DNA of 64,000 bases, from positions 32,001 to 96,000 of IMG/VR virus record IMGVR_UViG_3300008448_000002; one strand, 5' to 3'. A program made the translations under genes and the position numbers. Of this stretch, positions 57,307 through 64,000 are shown in pieces; the first letter of the stretch is position 1; the number at the start of each line of letters is the position of its first letter. The notes under the pieces are model-generated. The model saw only the letters and a program-made list of their open reading frames with translations. It ran no database searches and was not told the DNA's origin. The DNA is from a virus.

Positions 57307-58068
57307 CTATTCACCGTACATTTTTAATACTGTAGAAATGATAGGGTGTCTTTCAATGTCTTTATTATCAAACTTTACTATTGATATACCTTCTGGATTA
57401 TATAAAGATATTCTACGAATAAAATCGCTTAAACCGTTTTCTGTTCCTCTATCAGATTGATTTATATCACCTGTAACAACAATCTTAGAGTTTTCACCAA
57501 TACGAGTTAAGATACTTTTCAATGTCATGTTAGTAGTACCCTGTGCCTCGTCAAGAATGATATAAGAGTTTTTAAATGTTCTTCCTCTGATATAAGTAAT
57601 CGGAGAAACATCAATAACACCATCAAGTAACATTCTTTTTACTTGTGGTTTACTATAAAACTCTTCAAAAATATCAATGATTGGTAAAATCCACGGTGCC
57701 ATTTTTTCCATAATATCACCAGGAAGATGCCCAATATCTTGATTATCACATGATACGGTTGGTCTAGTAATGACAATCTTGTCAATTTTTTGTTCTTTTA
57801 GTAATTTAATGGCATATAATGTCGCCAAATATGATTTACCACATCCTGCTGGACCAGTAGCAAACACAATATATTTGCTTTTATCTTCCAACATTCTTAA
57901 TAAATCTTGTTGATTTTTACTTCTGGGAGTTATTGTTATTGGTCTTTTAGTATGAGTGTGGTCATATTCTTTGACGATTGCTATTGGTGATTCTTTTAAT
58001 TTTAGTAAGGGGGATTTAGTAACTGTAGTTTTCTTTGGTTGTCTGGTTGCTCTTTTCTGACGCATCAA
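57307..58068 (-). CDS. phoH: PhoH-like ATPase
   Basis: GPAGCGKS, IVITRP, GHLPG...EKMAPW, YIRGRTF, ILDEAQ, TRIGENSK.VVTGD..QSD. Confidence 0.93.
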   Translation of the reverse strand: MMRQKRATRQPKKTTVTKSPLLKLKESPIAIVKEYDHTHTKRPITITPRSKNQQDLLRMLEDKSKYIVFATGPAGCGKSYLATLYAIKLLKEQKIDKIVITRPTVSCDNQDIGHLPGDIMEKMAPWILPIIDIFEEFYSKPQVKRMLLDGVIDVSPITYIRGRTFKNSYIILDEAQGTTNMTLKSILTRIGENSKIVVTGDINQSDRGTENGLSDFIRRISLYNPEGISIVKFDNKDIERHPIISTVLKMYGE

Positions 58069-58109
58069 AATCTCCTGTTGTGAGTTCCTACAATCTATTT
58101 ATGTAAAAT

Positions 58110-58796
58110 CTAAGTCCATAAATCTGTCCTAATTTTAGCTAATCTTCCAAACATATAATCATCTTCCAATCTATATACATCTTCTATTATATGAAATGTG
58201 TTGTACATTTCTGTTTCTTCTTTGCTTTTCAACCTATTAATGAATAAATCTATAGGTTTTTCTCTCTTTTTGTATATTTCGACTGCTTTTGGGCAATCAT
58301 ATACTGAAATTCGCTTTAATCTGTAATTTTTCCACCAATAATATAATTCAAGTATTTCTCTGGCAGATTCGCCACGGGTCATTCCAGTCAATGTTGATTG
58401 CTGATTATCATCATCCTCCATTTGTTCTATAAGACTTGCTACTCCATTAATAGATGCCTTGCTTTTATCTTCCCAACCCAATTCCTTCTCGACAAAATCA
58501 ATCAATAAATTGAAATTGGCATATAATAACATTTCTGGTTTATCGCAATATCCTGGTTTCATACCAGTTCTAATCACATGATATCTGTCTGTGGTTCTAT
58601 ATTTAATCCACCATAAAGGGTCAGTTATTAATATTCTCTTATAAAGATAAAGAAAATCAATTAATGTTTCGTTTGTAAAGTATTTTATGGGATGCGCTCT
58701 TTTTGTATTAACTCTCCAATCATACCAACCCTGTGATGTCAGAGAGCGGGGTTTTTCAAGGATTAAAAGTTTTTTAATTTTTTGATAAATAGTCAT
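58110..58796 (-). CDS. Hypothetical protein
   Basis: 228-aa ORF. Confidence 0.7.
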   Translation of the reverse strand: MTIYQKIKKLLILEKPRSLTSQGWYDWRVNTKRAHPIKYFTNETLIDFLYLYKRILITDPLWWIKYRTTDRYHVIRTGMKPGYCDKPEMLLYANFNLLIDFVEKELGWEDKSKASINGVASLIEQMEDDDNQQSTLTGMTRGESAREILELYYWWKNYRLKRISVYDCPKAVEIYKKREKPIDLFINRLKSKEETEMYNTFHIIEDVYRLEDDYMFGRLAKIRTDLWT

Positions 58797-58810
58797 AAAG
58801 TGAGGTTTTA

Positions 58811-59218
58811 ATGTTTTCTCTTATATCTAGTTTCCTACCTATATTTAGAAATCCTACATTTATTTTATCTGCTATACTTATTTTAGCATTAGTTATATTC
58901 TATATACATTATAGCAACTTAAAGTCTGATTTACAAGAAAAAAATAAAGAAATTGGACAATTAACCTCAACCTTAGCTCAAAAAGAATCCATTATACTCA
59001 ATCTACAAGAGCAAAATACTAAAATGAAACTGTTAAATGAGGAATATACAAAAAATATAAAGAAAATACAAGATAATTCAAATGAAGTTAAGAAAACAAT
59101 AATTAAAAGAAATTATAAAGAAGAATCTAAAAAGACAAATAATCTTACACTGTTTCAAGATGCTATCAATGTAGAAAGCAACAGAATGTTAAAAGAATTA
59201 GAGGAATCAACTCAATGA
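58811..59218 (+). CDS. Inner-membrane spanin (Rz-like)
   Basis: N-terminal TM helix plus a long coiled coil, directly followed by a lipoprotein gene. Confidence 0.7.
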   Translation: MFSLISSFLPIFRNPTFILSAILILALVIFYIHYSNLKSDLQEKNKEIGQLTSTLAQKESIILNLQEQNTKMKLLNEEYTKNIKKIQDNSNEVKKTIIKRNYKEESKKTNNLTLFQDAINVESNRMLKELEESTQ

Positions 59219-59517
59219 AATATTTTATTCTAATATCACTTCTTTTTCTACCATCTTGTATTTTTTCTACCAAAAGCAATCCTCCAGTTGTTTATCAACC
59301 AGTAAAAATAGAAATTGTGCCGCCCACTGTTCAACCGATAACTCAAATACCTTTATCATGGACTGTATTTGAAGATTCAACTAAAGAACTTAATTTTTGT
59401 TTGAAAGAAGATGAATACAAAAATAATCAACTAAACAATCAAGAATTAAAGCGGTATATTCTCGGACAAAAAGAAGTTATAACTTTCTATCAAAAAATAA
59501 CAGACAATCAAAAATAA
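59215..59517 (+). CDS. Outer-membrane spanin lipoprotein (Rz1-like)
   Basis: Signal peptide with lipobox LPSC; Pro-rich N-terminal linker. Confidence 0.7.
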   Translation: MKYFILISLLFLPSCIFSTKSNPPVVYQPVKIEIVPPTVQPITQIPLSWTVFEDSTKELNFCLKEDEYKNNQLNNQELKRYILGQKEVITFYQKITDNQK

Positions 59518-59580
59518 AAGTTTGACAGTTAATAATAATCCTGTATAGTGATATTAATATCATACAAAAGAGGATTTTGA

Positions 59581-61812
59581 ATGTCAAGAAATATACAAGA
59601 ACTGGTACTATTAGACAACATTGTCATAGGTTTAGTAAATAAACACAGACATTCCTACATTACCACTGAGCATTATCTATATGCTTTGTTACTTTCAGAC
59701 GCAAGTGTTGAAAACTTTTTTGAAAGCATCAATGTAGATAAATCGGATATAATACAAGAATTAGAAGAATTATTTACTATGCCAGTATTTGGTGAATTAC
59801 CCTTTGATTCTACGAGACATAAAGTAAGTCTTGATATTATAGCATCAAGTGTTGTAAAAAACGTAATACATCTAACGTCATTATCAAAAAAATATAATTC
59901 ACTGCGGTGGTTAGAAGAAATTGTAGAATTAGAGCCAACTTATAGTCATGCCAGTTATATGTTGGCAAAAAGAAAAATAACTAGAAAATTAATCAATGAT
60001 TATTTAAAAAGCTCATTATATGATAAAGAAGAGTTATCACCAGAATTATTAAAAGTATTGAATACTTATTGTGTTAATATCAACAAAAGAGCTAAAGAAA
60101 ATAAAATTGATGCGTTGGTTGGTAGAAAAGATGAGATACAAGAATTATCAGAGATTTTACTAAGACGAGTTAAAAATAATGCTATCATCACGGGATTACC
60201 AGGAATCGGTAAAACTGCCATTGTTGAGGGATTGGCAGATAGAATTGTCAAAGGAGATGTCCCGAAACTATTAAAAGATAAAATAATCTGGTCTTTAGAT
60301 TTAACATCCTTAATCGCTGGAACAAAATACAGAGGTGAGGCAGAGGAAAGAATTAGTGATATTTTAAAGATTTTCAAGCAAAAAGAAAATTATATTCTTT
60401 TTATTGATGAAATTCATATGATGGTGGGTGCTGGGACATCAAGTGATAAATCTATGGATTTATCTAACATGTTAAAGCCGGCACTTGCCAGAGGTCATTT
60501 GAGATTGATTGGGGCAACAACCGAAGAGGAATATCGAAAACATATTGAAAAAGATTCTGCTCTTGTAAGAAGATTCAAGGTTATTAATGTGGAAGAGCCG
60601 TCTATTGAGGAGGCAAAACTAATTATTAAAGACCTAAAAAAATATTATGAAGAATTTCATAAAGTTGTCTATACTGATGAAATTGTGGATGAAATCGTTG
60701 AATTAACCAGCAAGTATATAACAGATAGATATTTACCCGACAAGGCAATTGACGTTATTGATAGTTGCGGGGCAAGACAGCAAACTATGGATGATAAGAA
60801 AATAATTAATATTTCCTCAGAAATGGTAAGAAAACAGATAGAGAAAATATCTAAAATATCATTAGATGTAAAAGAAGAGGAATCAACAAATATTGAAAAA
60901 CTTGAAGAAAATATAAAATCAGTTGTTTTTGGTCAGGATAATGCTATTGAAAAGGTTGTAAATTCTGTATATCTGGCTAAATCAGGACTAAATGATTCCG
61001 ATAAACCCTTATCAACATATTTACTGGCTGGACCAACGGGAACTGGAAAAACAAGTTTGGCAGTAGAATTAGCAAAAAATCTTAATATTCCCTTAGTAAA
61101 GTTTGACATGAGTGAATATCAAGAACCACATTCTGTATCTAAATTGATTGGCTCTCCTCCTGGATATGTTGGATATGAAGATGGTGCGGCTGGCGATGGA
61201 TTATTAATTAACAAAATACAACAACATCCTAATTGTTTGTTATTATTAGATGAAATTGAAAAGGCACATAAAAATATTTATGATGTATTCCTACAAGTTA
61301 TGGATAGTGGAAAAGTTACAAGTTCATCGGGAAAATCGGTAAATTGTCAAAATATTATTCTTATGATGACGACTAATGCGGGGGCAACTGAATTGGAGAA
61401 AAACAGTATTGGTTTCTTTAATTCTAAAGATTCATCATCGGACGATGGAGTCATCAATAAAACATTCTCACCAGAGTTTAGAAATAGAATTGATTCTATT
61501 ATAAAGTTCAATAAACTTGATACAAAAGTTATAGTACAGGTTGTTGGTAAATTTGTTCTTGAGTTACAAAATAAATTAAGAGAAAAGAATATCAAACTAA
61601 AGATTGATGAAAAATCCATATTGTGGCTTGCCGAAAATGGATTCGATGATAAAATGGGTGCCAGACCATTAAAAAGACTCATCAATGAAAAAATTAAACA
61701 ACCTTTAAGCAAAGAAATATTATTTGGAGATTTAAAAAATGGTGGAACTACTACTGTAAAGATTAAAAATAATACTATACAACTCATATTTAGAGGGAAA
61801 AATGGACAATAA
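59581..61812 (+). CDS. clpA: ClpA-type Hsp100 AAA+ chaperone
   Basis: Two AAA modules: GLPGIGKT/FIDEIH and GPTGTGKT/DMSEY/LLDEIEKAH, FSPEFRNRID, MGARPL; no ClpB middle domain apparent. Confidence 0.88.
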   Translation: MSRNIQELVLLDNIVIGLVNKHRHSYITTEHYLYALLLSDASVENFFESINVDKSDIIQELEELFTMPVFGELPFDSTRHKVSLDIIASSVVKNVIHLTSLSKKYNSLRWLEEIVELEPTYSHASYMLAKRKITRKLINDYLKSSLYDKEELSPELLKVLNTYCVNINKRAKENKIDALVGRKDEIQELSEILLRRVKNNAIITGLPGIGKTAIVEGLADRIVKGDVPKLLKDKIIWSLDLTSLIAGTKYRGEAEERISDILKIFKQKENYILFIDEIHMMVGAGTSSDKSMDLSNMLKPALARGHLRLIGATTEEEYRKHIEKDSALVRRFKVINVEEPSIEEAKLIIKDLKKYYEEFHKVVYTDEIVDEIVELTSKYITDRYLPDKAIDVIDSCGARQQTMDDKKIINISSEMVRKQIEKISKISLDVKEEESTNIEKLEENIKSVVFGQDNAIEKVVNSVYLAKSGLNDSDKPLSTYLLAGPTGTGKTSLAVELAKNLNIPLVKFDMSEYQEPHSVSKLIGSPPGYVGYEDGAAGDGLLINKIQQHPNCLLLLDEIEKAHKNIYDVFLQVMDSGKVTSSSGKSVNCQNIILMMTTNAGATELEKNSIGFFNSKDSSSDDGVINKTFSPEFRNRIDSIIKFNKLDTKVIVQVVGKFVLELQNKLREKNIKLKIDEKSILWLAENGFDDKMGARPLKRLINEKIKQPLSKEILFGDLKNGGTTTVKIKNNTIQLIFRGKNGQ

Positions 61813-62140
61813 TTTAGCATTAGAACTATATAAGTATAATTTATTACCAAGACATACAAAGCTGTATGCCAAGTATAAAACAAAAGACGTTGCGGGTAAT
61901 CTTTGTAATATTACAAAAGGATATTTTTCTCTACTTGAAGTATCAATAAAAGACGATAATGTTTTCTTCGTGGTAGAAAATGAACATGATTTAAAACAAG
62001 AAATTATACATAATAGCAATGTTTTAGAGATTGATGGGATGCTTCCTGAACGATACTTGGAAGGAAATATGATATTTAATAAAGCATTTAAAAAACCAGG
62101 AAGAAAGCCAAAATATGGAAAACATATCTCTTTTAATTAA
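61802..62140 (+). CDS. Hypothetical protein
   Basis: 112-aa ORF in operon. Confidence 0.6.
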   Translation: MDNNLALELYKYNLLPRHTKLYAKYKTKDVAGNLCNITKGYFSLLEVSIKDDNVFFVVENEHDLKQEIIHNSNVLEIDGMLPERYLEGNMIFNKAFKKPGRKPKYGKHISFN

Positions 62141-62699
62141 GAGTCATTCTCACTACAAGAAGATACAAACAATAGAAGAAATCATAGGAATGTCCTTTGA
62201 TTATGATAATTCTCCTTGGTTGGCGGGAGGATACTGTCGTAAAAAATTTTTTAAGATTGGGTTGGGAAAATCTGATATTGATATTTTTGTTAAAAATGAA
62301 GAAACGTACAATAAAATTAATAGAAATCTTATACAAAACTTTGATTTTGTTATCGGCAAAGAAAGTAGATTTGCGATGACATACAACAGTAGATTAAATA
62401 ATATTAATAATATACAACTAATTAAGAAACCATTCCCTACACTAGAAGAATTACTAAATGCGTTCGATTTTACCATGTGTTCTTGTTCGATGGACAAAAC
62501 CAATTATTATTTTGTTAAAAATTTCATAAAAGATAATAAAAATAAGATGTTAATATCTAAAAATATTCTTACTAATTATAATCTATCCAGAATGGCTAAG
62601 TTTATCGAGGAAGGTTTTATGGTATCTGATGAATACGCTAGGAGATTGAATGATTTTTATCAATCAGGTGAAAAAACGGTTTATTTCTATGACCAATAA
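62115..62699 (+). CDS. Class II (CCA/poly(A)-polymerase-like head domain) nucleotidyltransferase
   Basis: WLAGGYCR...SDIDIF and FDFTMC motifs. Confidence 0.7.
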   Translation: MENISLLIKSHSHYKKIQTIEEIIGMSFDYDNSPWLAGGYCRKKFFKIGLGKSDIDIFVKNEETYNKINRNLIQNFDFVIGKESRFAMTYNSRLNNINNIQLIKKPFPTLEELLNAFDFTMCSCSMDKTNYYFVKNFIKDNKNKMLISKNILTNYNLSRMAKFIEEGFMVSDEYARRLNDFYQSGEKTVYFYDQ

Positions 62700-63069
62700 T
62701 ATTTTCATGTATGATTGTGAAATAGATAAATCCAATATAGAAACATTAAGAACAACATCAACTATCATCAACGATAGAATGTTATTATATACTATTAAAC
62801 CAAATGTTACATTAATATTATACAAAGATATATTTTTTACGTTGACGGAAGTATTTTATTTTTTTTCTGGAAATAGTTCTTTTTTTATTGAACCCTATAA
62901 GAAAATGATGAAATACAACAAGAAAATATCAAATCATAATTGTGAACACATTTCTAGTGTTTTTTGTGAGTTTATAAATAGATATTTGGATTTGGCAAGT
63001 TTCGTTGCCGAATATAATGAGATTTTGATAAATAGTAATTATGGTACAAAGTGTAATATTACTCCCTAG
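62650..63069 (+). CDS. Hypothetical protein
   Basis: 139-aa ORF; the true start may be the internal MTNN. Confidence 0.55.
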   Translation: MIFINQVKKRFISMTNNIFMYDCEIDKSNIETLRTTSTIINDRMLLYTIKPNVTLILYKDIFFTLTEVFYFFSGNSSFFIEPYKKMMKYNKKISNHNCEHISSVFCEFINRYLDLASFVAEYNEILINSNYGTKCNITP

Positions 63070-63454
63070 TTCAACTGGCGCATTAAATGTAGAAGGTTCT
63101 CCTGTTGCCGCCGATGGTTTTTATGGTAACACGGATGGTTTACATACCATTGCTATATATGTACAAAATTTCACGGGAAGAGTTTATTTAGAGGCAACTT
63201 TGAGTTCAACACCTACAAGCGAAGACTGGTTTAATTTACCTTTATCGCAAGTTGGGTATTTACAATATCCTATTAATCCATCAAACCCAACGGGAAGCAA
63301 CAATGGTGATACTGGTGTAAAATCATTTACATTTAAGATTAATGCTATATATTTAAGAATGAGAATAGATAGAAACTATTTGCCTGTTTTACCACAAAAC
63401 CCACAAGATTTGGCATTATTAGGAATAGTTAGAAAAGTTTTATTAAGCCGTTAA
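63041..63454 (+). CDS. Putative structural protein, paralogous to the C-terminal domain of 9590..10429
   Basis: QNFTGRVYLEATL...EDWFNLPL. Confidence 0.6.
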   Translation: MVQSVILLPSSTGALNVEGSPVAADGFYGNTDGLHTIAIYVQNFTGRVYLEATLSSTPTSEDWFNLPLSQVGYLQYPINPSNPTGSNNGDTGVKSFTFKINAIYLRMRIDRNYLPVLPQNPQDLALLGIVRKVLLSR

Positions 63455-63501
63455 AAAAACATAAATAGTCTATGAATAACATTCATAGGAAACTATTTAA
63501 A

Positions 63502-64000
63502 AATGGCTCAGTTAAGACCCAAACAATTAAAATTTACAGCACAAGGTGATATATTAATAGGTGGTTCAACGGGAACTAGCACCATATTAGCTCTTGGAAC
63601 TAATGGACAAATATTAAAATCTAATGGAACATCCCTTGTTTATGCTACCAATAATGCGACAGGTGTAATAAATGATAGTGCTGTAACAGGTGCTACTGTA
63701 AAAGATGCCCTTAATAATTTACAAATTGCTATTGGTTCTGGGGGTTCTGTTGATTTAACTACCGCAACTCTTGAAGCTAGTAAAAGTAATGCCACTTTAC
63801 CTTTAATCAATTATCTCACACCTAAGTTTAATCCAGCAAACTATACTGGATTTGTTGGTGATGGTGTATCTAGTGACCAAACAGCGATTGATTCAATGAT
63901 GGCAGATATTGATGCCATAGCCACAACTAAAAAGTTTATTTGTATCGAAATGCCTTCTGATAGACCAGTCAGAGGACAGATAAAGAAATTATTGGCTGGC
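63502..64000 (+). CDS. Partial tail fibre-like protein (MAQLRPKQLKFTAQGDILIGG...), runs off the window end
   Basis: Read manually; CATAAATA at ~63460, AGGA RBS; fibre-type motif GTNGQILKSNGT. Confidence 0.6.

Overview
AT-rich segment of a large T4-like (myovirus, probably jumbo) phage genome. Spanins point to a diderm host. It carries a replication/recombination block (gp41-like helicase, gp61-like primase, UvsW/UvsY/UvsX, gp32 SSB, gp44/gp62 clamp loader, and a miniaturised DnaE in two genes about 41 kb apart). It also carries morphogenesis genes (gp17 terminase, gp4, gp19 tube, 1080-aa gp18 sheath, gp13/14/15, a subtilisin-fused baseplate-type protein, fibre proteins) and auxiliary genes (dNMP kinase, MazG, HAD nucleotidase, PhoH, GroES, ClpA-type ATPase, spanins, two nucleotidyltransferases). 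There is one tRNA-Trp, overlapped antisense by a homing-type endonuclease gene. T4-type late promoters (TATAAATA/CATAAATA) precede many genes. The most unusual items are: (1) the 43.3-46.5 kb island, with an orphan Panacea antitoxin, four tiny ORFs each carrying a motif resembling the T4 portal (gp20) clip segment, and a 1.4-kb structured non-coding locus whose 5' end shares a 23/24-nt motif with the gp32 leader; (2) a promoter-bracketed 131-nt candidate small RNA beside the tail tube gene; (3) candidate capsid-packaged effectors with L/I-x-E leaders, including a GNAT-ART-ART polyprotein and PcfJ-LRR paralogues; (4) repeated promoter-stem-loop and terminator cassettes around variable small genes. 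All product calls come from motif recognition by eye; no searches were run.
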